This document shows positions 27,584-36,354 of a stretch of 64,000 bases of DNA, one piece after another. Position numbers and translations under genes: made by a program. The DNA lies in assembly GCA_947627745.1 (NCBI GenBank), contig CANQXH010000001.1, positions 63 through 64,062 of the forward strand, written 5' to 3'. The notes beneath the pieces were generated by a model that did no database searches, was not told the origin of the DNA, and worked only from the letters and a program-made list of their open reading frames with translations. Source of the stretch: an uncultured Oscillospiraceae bacterium (GTDB lineage: Bacteria > Bacillota > Clostridia > Oscillospirales > Oscillospiraceae). Within the stretch, counting starts at the first letter, position 1. Each line of letters starts with the position of its first letter.

Positions 27584-28459
27584 TCAGCCCTTTACGCCGC
27601 CTCCGGTAACGCCGGCAATGATCTTCTCGGACAGGAACAGATACAGCAGGAAGGTGGGCAGGAACACGATGATCACCGCCGCGAACAGTCCGCCGTAATT
27701 GCCTGTGTACTTCATAGCGTTGACGATTTGCAGCAGGCCCACGCCCACAGGCGTGGCGCTGCCCTCGGGGGTGAAGATCAGGGCCATGAAGAACTCGTTC
27801 CACACGGACAGGAAGTTGAAGATCGTCACGGTGACCACCGCCGGCTGCACCAGGGGGAGCATGATGGCCCAGAAGGTCTTGGCCGGCGGGCAGCCGTCCA
27901 GGGCCGCCGCCTCCTCATAGGTCGTGGACAGGGTGGAGAAAAAGTCCAGCAGATAGATGGTGGTGTAGGGCACCCGCAGCATAATGTAGAGCAGGATGAG
28001 CAGGACCCTGCCCCGTAGATTCCAGCGGACAGCCAGGGAGTACAGCGGCATGATGATCATAATAGTGGGCACGCTCATGGCGATGACTAGGCCGATCCGA
28101 ATGGCCTTGCTGCCGACAAAACCCCAGCGGGACAGCCCATAGGCCGCCGGCGCGGAGATGATAAGCACCCCCGCGCAGGACACCAGGGAGTACAGCAGGG
28201 AGTTGGCAAAGAACACGGACACATTCTGCGTCTTCCAGGCGGTCACATAGTTCTCCCAATGGAAGCCGGTGGCAAATTCCAGGACCTTGCCGGAGAAGAT
28301 CTCCTTGGAGGTGGACAGACTGGCCGCAAAGATCCAGAACAGCATCACCGCCGTAAACAGGACCCAGAGGGTCACAACGATATAGCCGGGCAGCAGCGAC
28401 AATTCCTTGCGCCAGTTGATTTTCTCGTGATATTTTTTCCTTTTGAACATCCCGCGCAC
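27584..28459 (-). CDS. Carbohydrate ABC transporter permease
   Basis: Six TM segments and the EAA-like loop YEEAAALDGCPPAKTFWAIMLPL. Confidence 0.9.
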   Translation of the reverse strand: MRGMFKRKKYHEKINWRKELSLLPGYIVVTLWVLFTAVMLFWIFAASLSTSKEIFSGKVLEFATGFHWENYVTAWKTQNVSVFFANSLLYSLVSCAGVLIISAPAAYGLSRWGFVGSKAIRIGLVIAMSVPTIMIIMPLYSLAVRWNLRGRVLLILLYIMLRVPYTTIYLLDFFSTLSTTYEEAAALDGCPPAKTFWAIMLPLVQPAVVTVTIFNFLSVWNEFFMALIFTPEGSATPVGVGLLQIVNAMKYTGNYGGLFAAVIIVFLPTFLLYLFLSEKIIAGVTGGGVKG

Positions 28460-28463
28460 CCCC

Positions 28464-29357
28464 TTAATACTCCAGGTCGCCGTCTTTGATCAGCAGATTG
28501 GTCAGCGCGTACTCGATGACGATGATGATGGCCAGCACCACGCCCACCGCCGCGCCGGCGCCGGCGTCCAGGTTGACGACGCCCTTCCCGCCGAACACCG
28601 TATCGTACAGGTATACCACCGGTACGATGGTGGAGCCCTCGGTATTGACCGGAGAGAACATCTTGGTCCACAGGAAGAAGGTGGTGGCGTTGATGCTCCA
28701 GAAGGTGATGGAGGTCTTCAAAATGCCCTTCAGCAGCGGCATGGTGATGGAGAAGAACTGCCGCACCTTCCCGGCGCCGTCCAACGTGGCGGCCTCAAAC
28801 AAATCCTGGGGGATCCCCTCGATGCCGCTGATGTAAATGAGCATATAGTAGCCCACGGAGCCGAAGATGAAGGCAGCCATCATGGACCAGAATTTCAAAT
28901 CGGTTCCCAGCCAGCGGACAGATTTCACGCCGATCATTTCCAGCATCGTGTTGAGCAGGCCGTAGTCGTAGTTGAAGATGTACTGCACCCACATGGTGGC
29001 CAGGGCCACGGCGCTTATGATATTGGGCAGATAGATGGCGGCCCGGAAGAATTTCTTGCCCCGAATGCCGCTGGTCAGGATCACCGCCATCATCATGGAC
29101 AGCGCCAAGGTGATCACGCCGCCTACCAGCCAGATGAGCAGCATATTCTTCATGGAGGTGATAAAATCGGCGGTGTGGAGGATCTTGAAGTAATTTTCCA
29201 GGCCGTTGAAGGTCCAGGTGCTGGTGCTGGCCGTCAGATTCGTCACATGGAAAAAGCTCATCAGCACCGTCCGGGCCACGGGATACAGGTACATCAGCAC
29301 CAGGGTGACCACGGTGGGCGCGATAAAGCAGGCGATCATGGCTTTGTTTTTTCTCAT
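28464..29357 (-). CDS. Carbohydrate ABC transporter permease
   Basis: Multi-TM, with the EAA loop LFEAATLDGAGKVRQFFSITMPLL. Confidence 0.9.
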   Translation of the reverse strand: MRKNKAMIACFIAPTVVTLVLMYLYPVARTVLMSFFHVTNLTASTSTWTFNGLENYFKILHTADFITSMKNMLLIWLVGGVITLALSMMMAVILTSGIRGKKFFRAAIYLPNIISAVALATMWVQYIFNYDYGLLNTMLEMIGVKSVRWLGTDLKFWSMMAAFIFGSVGYYMLIYISGIEGIPQDLFEAATLDGAGKVRQFFSITMPLLKGILKTSITFWSINATTFFLWTKMFSPVNTEGSTIVPVVYLYDTVFGGKGVVNLDAGAGAAVGVVLAIIIVIEYALTNLLIKDGDLEY

Positions 29358-29383
29358 TTCAGAATCACCTCAAATCCGGGTTT

Positions 29384-29422
29384 CAGAAAAACAGGCGGCG
29401 CCGTATGAGGCGTCGCCTGTTT
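29384..29422 (-). terminator. Intra-operon hairpin/attenuator between the binding-protein and permease genes
   Basis: A 14-bp stem (one G-U pair) at 29389-29402 / 29409-29422 is followed by TTTTT on the minus strand. Confidence 0.5.
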
Positions 29423-29464
29423 CATAGAGATGGTCAATTCACAGCGTAGGGACGAAATACGATC

Positions 29465-30778
29465 TTAGTACAGATCGTCGATGGCCGCGCAGAAGTCCGC
29501 GCCGGTGGCGTACTTGCCCTCGAAGAGCTCAACGAACAGGGTCTTCATGGTGCCCCAAGCGGCGTGGGTGTTCAAGCTGGTGCACCAACCGAAGGTGGCG
29601 TCCGCGTTCTTCAGGGTATCGACGGCAGTGGGCAGGTAGGAGCAGGTGTTGCTGGGATCAGCGGGGATCTGCTTGGCGGTGTCGGCCATCTTCTGATCCC
29701 ACTCGCCGGTGACCAGGTACATACAGAAGTCGAAGGCCGCCTGCTTGTTCTCGCTGTAGGAGGCAATGGCCAGGCCGGTGGCGCCGATGTACACGGAGTT
29801 GGGATCCGCGCCGCCTTCCACGGCGGGATAGTTGATCAGGCCCCAATTGGTGTCGCCCATGACGCTGTCAACCTCGGCGGTCGCATAGTTGGCGCAGACC
29901 ACCATGGCCGCCTCGCCGGTGCCGACCTTGTTCTGGCTGGCGGGATACTCGTCGGGAGCGCCGTCCACCAGGTAGCCGGCGTTGATCAGGTCGATGAGCT
30001 CCTGGGCGGCGGCGACAGCGTCCTCATTCTCCGCCCAGTGGCCGTTGTCCCGCAGCGCGGCGATGCCGTCCTCGCCAAGATGGCGGACCAGCTGATTGTA
30101 GAAGGTGAAGTTGCAGTAAGCGCTGTCCTGGGCCAGAGGCGCGATGCCGGCGTCCTTCAGCTTCTGGCAGATGTCCAGGAACTCCGCCCAGGTGGTGGGC
30201 AGATCGGTGATGCTGGCCTGCTCGAAGGCGTCCCGGTTGTAGAAGATGCCGCCGATCTGGGGCTGCTCGGTGATGCTGTTCAGATAGCCGGCCCAGGCGA
30301 TGGACTGAGCGGCGAAGATGGGATAGCTGTGGCTGGCGTAGTCTGCGGCTGCCGCCATGTCGGTCAGGTCGGCGGTGTAGTCCTTGTAGACGTTGCCGAT
30401 CCGGTTGTAGTCGTCCTCGAAGATGTCGATGGCGTCGCCGGCCTCGAGAGAAGCGGACAGCAGGGTGCTGATGTCCCGGCCCTTCCACTCGATGTTGATG
30501 TGGGCGCCGGTCTCCGCCTCAAAAGCGGCGGCGGCCTGCTCGATCACAGTGGCCTGGGGCTCGCCGGCGCTCCACGTGGACCAGTAGTTCAGGGTCACGC
30601 CATCGTACTTCTTGCCCTCGGGGGCATCCGTCTTGGGCGGCTCGGTCCCTTTGCCGGGGGCCTGGGTCTGGTTGTCGTTGTTCTTGGGCGGCTCGGTCTG
30701 GTCATTTCCGGAAGGGCCGCAGGCCACGAGGCCCAGGACCATGACCGCTGCCAGCAGCAGAGCGAAAAGCTTCTTCAT
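29465..30778 (-). CDS. Extracellular sugar-binding lipoprotein of the ABC transporter
   Basis: It has a lipoprotein signal (LGLVACGPS) and an SBP family-1-like body. Confidence 0.88.
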   Translation of the reverse strand: MKKLFALLLAAVMVLGLVACGPSGNDQTEPPKNNDNQTQAPGKGTEPPKTDAPEGKKYDGVTLNYWSTWSAGEPQATVIEQAAAAFEAETGAHINIEWKGRDISTLLSASLEAGDAIDIFEDDYNRIGNVYKDYTADLTDMAAAADYASHSYPIFAAQSIAWAGYLNSITEQPQIGGIFYNRDAFEQASITDLPTTWAEFLDICQKLKDAGIAPLAQDSAYCNFTFYNQLVRHLGEDGIAALRDNGHWAENEDAVAAAQELIDLINAGYLVDGAPDEYPASQNKVGTGEAAMVVCANYATAEVDSVMGDTNWGLINYPAVEGGADPNSVYIGATGLAIASYSENKQAAFDFCMYLVTGEWDQKMADTAKQIPADPSNTCSYLPTAVDTLKNADATFGWCTSLNTHAAWGTMKTLFVELFEGKYATGADFCAAIDDLY

Positions 30779-31029
30779 TTCATTTCCTCCTTAATTGATT
30801 GTGTAAATGTTGTCTGTTCCACGGCTGTGTCTTTCGCCATGGAATTAACTAGATTATAGCGTCCCCGCGGGGAATTGGCAATGTGATAAGTTGCTGTATA
30901 TTTTATATATCCTGCTATTTTCGGCATGTTATCCATAGAAATTGGAATTTGAGCGGGCCATTATGGATATTTTGCGTAATTTTTTGCCGCTTTTCAAGGG
31001 GCGCGTGGCACATATCCTCCAATTTTGCC

Positions 31030-31058
31030 TTGACATTTCCCGCGCCTGTTGTTAAAAT
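31030..31058 (+). promoter_or_regulatory. Promoter of the AraC regulator/anSME genes
   Basis: TTGACA (31030-31035), a 17-nt spacer, then TAAAAT (31053-31058). Confidence 0.5.
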
Positions 31059-31148
31059 TAGTGTGGCTCCCCGCAAGGGCAGGTTTTTATTTTGATTTTT
31101 GCTAAAGCAATATTTGTAAAGTATTTGCACAAAATGAGGGGGCGTTCT

Positions 31149-32000
31149 ATGGGCATCCAGCGCTATGACATCGAATATCAAGAGGCGGGGCAGGACTTCC
31201 GGCTCCTGTACATCTCCCACAGCAAATGCGAAAACGACTGGCACAGCCTGCTCCACTCCCACTACTGCGCCGAGATCTTCTATGTTTTAAGCGGGAAGGG
31301 CTTCTTTCGGATGGAATCCCAGGACTTGCCCCTCCACCCCGGCGATCTGGTGGTGGTCAATCCCTACACCATGCACACGGAGCTGTCCTTTGCCAGCAAT
31401 CCCCTGGAATACATCGTGATGGGCATCGAAGGGGTCCAGTTTCAGGCCCCCGGCGGCGCGGAGCAGCGGCTCTTCCGTCTCCAGAGCAGCGAAGGGGACG
31501 ACTACCGGTTTTATCCCGAGGCCATTCTCCGGGAGTGCGAGGAGCGGCAGGAGAACTATCTGGAGGTATGCGCCGGCCTGGCCCGGGTCTTTCTGATCCT
31601 GCTCCGCCGCCGCATCGCTCAGCGGAGCCTGGTCCTGGACGAGACCAGGAGCAGCCTGGAGTGCGCCCGGGTCAAGCAGTACATGGACGAGCATTTTCAG
31701 GAGGATATCACCCTGGACACCCTGGCGGAGATCTCCCACATGAGCAAGCACTACCTGGCCCATGCCTTTAATAAGGAGATCGGGTGCAGCCCCATCAGCT
31801 ATCTTTTGGCCCACCGGATCGCGGAGAGCAAGCATCTTTTGGAAAATTCGGACTATACCGTCAGCCAAATCAGCGCCATCACCGGCTTTTCCAGCCCCAG
31901 TTATTTCAGCCAGCGCTTCAAAAAGCTGGTGGGAAAGACGCCGCTGGAATACCGCCAGGCGGTGCGGATCCATCCGGCGGATATTCCGTCGAAGGTCTGA
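31149..32000 (+). CDS. AraC-family regulator with an N-terminal cupin sensor domain
   Basis: The C-terminal HTH reads LDTLAEISHMSKHYLAHAFNKEIGCSPISYLLAHRIAESKHLL...ITGFSSPSYFSQRFKK. The ATG at 31149 follows GAGGGGG. Confidence 0.88.
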   Translation: MGIQRYDIEYQEAGQDFRLLYISHSKCENDWHSLLHSHYCAEIFYVLSGKGFFRMESQDLPLHPGDLVVVNPYTMHTELSFASNPLEYIVMGIEGVQFQAPGGAEQRLFRLQSSEGDDYRFYPEAILRECEERQENYLEVCAGLARVFLILLRRRIAQRSLVLDETRSSLECARVKQYMDEHFQEDITLDTLAEISHMSKHYLAHAFNKEIGCSPISYLLAHRIAESKHLLENSDYTVSQISAITGFSSPSYFSQRFKKLVGKTPLEYRQAVRIHPADIPSKV

Positions 32001-32001
32001 T

Positions 32002-33123
32002 ATGCGGAATTTGACGGTGATGATCAAGCCCGCCTCCGCGGCCTGCCAGATGCGGTGCGCCTACTGCTTCTACCGGGACGAGGCCGCCCGCCGTCAGGTC
32101 CCCAACCGGGGCGTCATGTCTCCCGAGGTGCTGGAGCGGACGGTGGCAGCCGCCATGTCCGCCGCCGAGGGCAGCTGTACCTTCCTGTTCCAGGGCGGCG
32201 AGCCCACCCTGGTGGGGCTGGATTTTTACAGGAATTTCCTGAAGATCGAAAATAAATACGCCCGGTCCGATTTGCGGGTGTATCACAGCCTACAAACCAA
32301 CGGCCTGGCCATCGACGAGACTTGGGCAAAGTTTCTGGCGGAGAACCGGTTCCTGACCGGGCTTTCCCTGGACGGGCCGGCCCGGCTCCACGACATCCAC
32401 CGGCGGGACGCGGAGGACCGGGGCACCTTCCAGCGGGCGATGCGGGCCGCCGGGCTTTTGCGGCGGGCCGGGGTAGAACTGAATATTCTGTGCGTGGTCA
32501 CAGGGCCGGTCGCCCGGCAGCCGGAGCAGGTCTACCGCTTCTTCACCGGCCAGGGCTTCCGCCGCCTCCAATTCATTCCCTGCCTGGAGCCCCTGGACAG
32601 TCCCCCCGGCGGGCAGGAGTACAGTCTGCCGCCCCAGGACTACGGCGAATTTCTGGTTCGGGTGTTTGACCTGTGGTTCCGGGACCTGCTGGAGGGGCGT
32701 TACGTCAGCCTCCGCCATCTGGACAACTGGATCGGCATCCTGCTGGGTCTGCCGCCGGAGGCCTGCAACATGGTGGGCCGCTGCGCCGTGAGCTTCACCG
32801 TGGAGAGCGACGGCGAGGTGTACCCCTGCGATTTTTACGCCCTGGATCCGTGGCGGCTGGGCAACGTCCAAACCGATTCCCTGGAGGATATGGCCCGGAG
32901 CGCCGCCGCCAGGGAGTTCATGGAGGCGTCCTGCCCGGTGCCGGAGGAATGCCGGGCCTGCCGGTACTACCCGCTGTGCCGGAACGGCTGCCGCCGGGAA
33001 CGGCTCCGTTCTCCGGACGAGCCTGGAAAAACCGCCCTCTGCGCCGCCTACCGGTACTTTTTCACCAAACGGGAGGACGAGCTTCTCCAGGCGGCCCGAA
33101 TGATCGGCGCCCGGCGGGGCTGA
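32002..33123 (+). CDS. Anaerobic sulfatase-maturating radical SAM enzyme (anSME)
   Basis: MIKPASAACQMRCAYCFY contains the CxxxCxxC motif. C-terminal SPASM-like Cys clusters follow (CNMVGRC, CDFY, CRACRYYPLCRNGC). Confidence 0.85.
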   Translation: MRNLTVMIKPASAACQMRCAYCFYRDEAARRQVPNRGVMSPEVLERTVAAAMSAAEGSCTFLFQGGEPTLVGLDFYRNFLKIENKYARSDLRVYHSLQTNGLAIDETWAKFLAENRFLTGLSLDGPARLHDIHRRDAEDRGTFQRAMRAAGLLRRAGVELNILCVVTGPVARQPEQVYRFFTGQGFRRLQFIPCLEPLDSPPGGQEYSLPPQDYGEFLVRVFDLWFRDLLEGRYVSLRHLDNWIGILLGLPPEACNMVGRCAVSFTVESDGEVYPCDFYALDPWRLGNVQTDSLEDMARSAAAREFMEASCPVPEECRACRYYPLCRNGCRRERLRSPDEPGKTALCAAYRYFFTKREDELLQAARMIGARRG

Positions 33124-33209
33124 CCGCCGGAGGCCCATTTTAACAGTCCAATAATGGCCTGGCTTTCCATGGCCGGGCGGAATGATCCCATGTTTAGGAG
33201 GCAGATTTT

Positions 33210-34334
33210 ATGTGCAAACCCTATCTTCCCCCGGACGCGCCCTTCCTGAAGCCGGTGCTGGACGCCTACGCCTTCCCCGCCACATTGCTGGGGGCGGTGC
33301 GCTACGGCCAGGGGCACATCAACGACACCTACTGCGTCCTCTGCCAGGGGCAGGAGGGCGACTGCGTTCGATTCATCCTGCAAGGAATCAATTCCGCAGT
33401 CTTCCCTGACCCGGAGGCCCTGATGGAGAATTTTGAGGGCGTCACCTCCTTCCTGCGGAAGAAAATTTTGGCCATGGGTGGCGATCCCCAGCGGGAGACC
33501 CTGAGTCTGGTCCCGGCAAAGAACGGCGGGCGCTTTTTCCGGGATTCCCAGGGGAAAGTCTGGCGGCTGATGCCCTTCGTGGAGGGCACGGACTGCTTCC
33601 AGTCCGCCACCCCGGCACTGTTTGAGGCGTCGGCCCGGGCCTTCGGGCGCTTTCAGCATCTGCTATCGGACTATCCCGCCGAGACCCTCCACGAGACCAT
33701 TCCCGATTTTCACAACACCGAGGCCCGCTTCGCCAAATTTGTGGCGGCCCTGGAAGCGGATCCTCTGGGACGGGCGGCGCAAACCCGGGCGGAGATTCAA
33801 TTCGTCCTGGACCGGAAAGCGGACTGCTCTGTGGCTCTGCGTGCCCAGCGGGCGGGAAAGCTCCCCCTCCGGGTGACCCACAACGATACCAAGCTGAACA
33901 ACATTCTCATCGACCGGAAGACCGGCGAGGGAATCTGCGTCATCGACCTGGACACCACCATGCCCGGTCTTTCCATCAACGATTTTGGCGACTCCATCCG
34001 CTTCGGCGCCAACCACTGCGCCGAGGACGAGGCGGATCTTTCCAAGGTGGCCTTTGATTTAGCGCTGTTCGAGGCCTACACCCGGGGCTTCCTGGAGGGC
34101 GCGGGCGGCAGTCTGACCCCGGCGGAGCTGGAATACCTGCCCTGGGGAGCCCGGCTGATGACGCTGGAATGCGGCATCCGGTTCCTGACGGACTACCTGG
34201 AGGGGGACCGCTACTTCCGCATCCACGACCCGGACCAGAATCTGCGCCGCTGCCGGACCCAGTTCAAGCTGGTCCGGGACATGGAGGAGCGCTTTGACGC
34301 CATGGGCGCCGTCGTGGCGGCATACGCGAAATAA
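33210..34334 (+). CDS. nahK: N-acetylhexosamine 1-kinase (NahK/LnpB-like, APH fold)
   Basis: GQGHINDTY...RVTHNDTKLNNILID...VIDLDTTMPG matches the NahK catalytic motifs. It has a strong AGGAGG RBS. Confidence 0.8.
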   Translation: MCKPYLPPDAPFLKPVLDAYAFPATLLGAVRYGQGHINDTYCVLCQGQEGDCVRFILQGINSAVFPDPEALMENFEGVTSFLRKKILAMGGDPQRETLSLVPAKNGGRFFRDSQGKVWRLMPFVEGTDCFQSATPALFEASARAFGRFQHLLSDYPAETLHETIPDFHNTEARFAKFVAALEADPLGRAAQTRAEIQFVLDRKADCSVALRAQRAGKLPLRVTHNDTKLNNILIDRKTGEGICVIDLDTTMPGLSINDFGDSIRFGANHCAEDEADLSKVAFDLALFEAYTRGFLEGAGGSLTPAELEYLPWGARLMTLECGIRFLTDYLEGDRYFRIHDPDQNLRRCRTQFKLVRDMEERFDAMGAVVAAYAK

Positions 34335-34364
34335 ACCCGCTTCCCGGAAAGAAGGCTGTGCGCT

Positions 34365-34946
34365 ATGAAGAAATTGCCCGAAAAATGCAGGCTGCTGGCA
34401 AAGCTGTTTTTCACCATGCTGTACATCAGCGCCTTTACCTTTGGCGGCGGCTTTGTCATCATCACCTTCATGAAGCGAAAATTTGTGGACGAGCTCCACT
34501 GGATCGATGAGCGGGAGATGCTGGACATGACGGCCCTGGCCCAGTCCTCCCCCGGGGCCATCGCGGTGAACGCCGCCATCCTGGTGGGCTGGCGTGTGGC
34601 CGGCTTCGCCGGCATGGCCGCGGCGGTGCTGGGCACCGTCATCCCGCCTGTGGCGATTCTGTCCGTGATCTCCCTGGGCTACGCGGCCTTCGCCTCCAAT
34701 CGGTACGTGGCCCTGACTTTGAAGGGAATGCAGGCGGGGGTCGCGGCGGTCATTCTGGACGTGGTGTGGAGCCTGGGGGCCAAGGAGCTGAAAACCAAGT
34801 CTCCCATCCATCTGGCCATCATGGCCTGCGCCTTTATCGCCACCTTCTTCTTCGGCGTCAACGTCATTTTCATCATCCTGGCGGCGGGAATGGTGGGGAT
34901 TGGCCTCGCCATGGGACAAAAGAAACGGGAGGGGCCGGAAAAATGA
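34365..34946 (+). CDS. chrA: Chromate transporter ChrA family, first half-size subunit
   Basis: FTFGGGFVIITFMKRKFVDELHWIDEREMLDMTALAQSSPGAIAVN. Confidence 0.88.
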   Translation: MKKLPEKCRLLAKLFFTMLYISAFTFGGGFVIITFMKRKFVDELHWIDEREMLDMTALAQSSPGAIAVNAAILVGWRVAGFAGMAAAVLGTVIPPVAILSVISLGYAAFASNRYVALTLKGMQAGVAAVILDVVWSLGAKELKTKSPIHLAIMACAFIATFFFGVNVIFIILAAGMVGIGLAMGQKKREGPEK

Positions 34947-35506
34947 TCTATTTGCGGCTTTTTTGGAGCTTTTTGCAGATCGGCCTGTTTTCCATCGGCG
35001 GCGGCTACGCCGCCATGCCCCTCATCCAGGCCCAGGTGGTGGATGGGTACGCCTGGCTGTCCTTGAACGAATTTGTGGATCTGATCACCATTGCCGAAAT
35101 GACCCCCGGCCCCATCGCGGTGAACGCAGCCACCTTCGTGGGGCTTCGGATCGCCGGATTCGGCGGGGCGGTGGTTGCGACCCTGGGCTGTATCACGCCG
35201 TCCCTCTTTTTGGTGTCCCTGCTGTCCTATGTCTACACGAGGTACAAGAACCTGCGGGTATTGCAGAGCGTCCTGTCCAGCCTGCGGCCCGCCGTGGTGG
35301 CGCTGATCGCTTCCGCAGGGCTGACCATCCTGCTCAAGGTGGTTTTTAACGGCCAGCCCATGGCCCTGTCTTCAGTGGATTGGGTGGGTGTGGGGCTGTT
35401 CGCGGCGGCCCTGACCGCCCTGCGCCGGTTGAAGTGGAATCCCATCCTGGTCATGGTTCTGTGCGGCGCCGTGGGCCTGGTCCTGGGCCTCCTGACGGGA
35501 TCATAG
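34943..35506 (+). CDS. chrA: Chromate transporter ChrA family, second half-size subunit
   Basis: LQIGLFSIGGGYAAMPLIQAQVVDGYAWLSLNEFVDLITIAEMTPGPIAVN. It shares an ATGA overlap with the upstream gene. Confidence 0.88.
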   Translation: MIYLRLFWSFLQIGLFSIGGGYAAMPLIQAQVVDGYAWLSLNEFVDLITIAEMTPGPIAVNAATFVGLRIAGFGGAVVATLGCITPSLFLVSLLSYVYTRYKNLRVLQSVLSSLRPAVVALIASAGLTILLKVVFNGQPMALSSVDWVGVGLFAAALTALRRLKWNPILVMVLCGAVGLVLGLLTGS

Positions 35507-35545
35507 GAGGCGCGCGGGCCGCCGGATGCGTAAAGGGCGAAAAAC

Positions 35546-35580
35546 GGCCGGGAGCGAAATAGCTCCCGGCCTTAAGTTTT
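35546..35580 (+). terminator. Intrinsic terminator after chrA
   Basis: A 10-bp stem GGCCGGGAGC / GCTCCCGGCC followed by TTAAGTTTT. Confidence 0.7.
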
Positions 35581-35611
35581 GGGAAAACCCCGCTTTCGCT
35601 TTGATCCGACG

Positions 35612-35647
35612 CAAAAAACCGGAGCGGACGATTAGATGTCCGCTCCG
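35612..35647 (-). terminator. Intrinsic terminator after tRNA-Leu
   Basis: A 10-bp stem CGGAGCGGAC / GTCCGCTCCG followed by TTTTTT on the minus strand. Confidence 0.75.
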
Positions 35648-35650
35648 AAA

Positions 35651-35737
35651 TGGTGCCGGTGACCGGGATCGAACCGGTACGAGGTTGCCCTCACGGGATT
35701 TTAAGTCCCGGGCGTCTGCCTGTTCCGCCACACCGGC
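35651..35737 (-). tRNA. tRNA-Leu (anticodon UAA), class II with a long variable arm and encoded CCA
   Basis: Hand-folded: acceptor GCCGGTG/CACCGGC, anticodon stem CGGGA/TCCCG with loop CTTAAAA, variable arm TGAGGGCAACCTCGTA, T-arm ACCGG-TTCGATC-CCGGT, and 3' ACCA. Confidence 0.9.
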
Positions 35738-35770
35738 GTGGCCTTATCCTATCACATTTTCCCCCGGCAG

Positions 35771-36349
35771 TCAAGTAAGCTGATCCAAATTCAGGGCGAA
35801 GGCCGGCAGGCACTCCGCCAAAAACCAGTTCAGCTCAGGACTGTTCATCTCCTCCAGGGCCTGGCGGGTCTGCCGGGCGGCGGATTCAAACTCCTGGTTC
35901 CCCGCCTTCTGCTCCTCCACGCACTTGATATAGGCGGAGAGCTTGTCCGCCGCCTTGACGATGGGGGTGACCTCCGGATCGTCCTCCAGCACCAAGGGGG
36001 CGTAGCTGTCCCGCAGCGCCGGGGGCAGCTTATCCAGCAGCCGGTTTCCGGCGTAGCGCTCCACCTGCTTGTAGGAGCGGCGGATGTCGGAATTGGCATA
36101 CTTAATGGGGGTGGGCATATCCCCGGTGAGGATCTCCGAGGCGTCGTGGTACAGCGCCGCCGTGGCGCACCGGTCAGGGTCCGGCCCGGGCAGATGCAGC
36201 ACCTCCCGGCGGATCAGGGCCAGGGCATGGGCCAGCACCGCCACCTGGTGGCTGTGCTCCTGGATGTTTTCGGAAAAGGTGTTGCGCATCAGACCCCAGC
36301 GGGTGATGTAGCGCATCCGGCCCAGCAGGGCGTAAAATTCATTGGCCAT
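35771..36349 (-). CDS. HD-domain 5'-deoxynucleotidase (YfbR-like)
   Basis: RWGLMRNTFSENIQEHSHQVAVLAHALA...ALYHDASEILTGDMPTPIKY. Confidence 0.85.
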   Translation of the reverse strand: MANEFYALLGRMRYITRWGLMRNTFSENIQEHSHQVAVLAHALALIRREVLHLPGPDPDRCATAALYHDASEILTGDMPTPIKYANSDIRRSYKQVERYAGNRLLDKLPPALRDSYAPLVLEDDPEVTPIVKAADKLSAYIKCVEEQKAGNQEFESAARQTRQALEEMNSPELNWFLAECLPAFALNLDQLT

Positions 36350-36354
36350 CGATT

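Noticed and set aside
25403-30859. Long plus-strand ORFs (25403-26818, 26903-28018, 28443-29408, 29564-30859) opposite the GH112/permease/SBP operon
   Set aside because: All are antisense shadow ORFs with Gly/His/Pro/Arg-rich translations. The minus-strand genes carry clear family motifs.
30883-31095. 70-aa ORF in the AraC/ABC intergenic region
   Set aside because: The product is Cys/Phe/Ile-rich and the ORF has no RBS. It overlaps the predicted araC promoter and is likely non-coding regulatory DNA.
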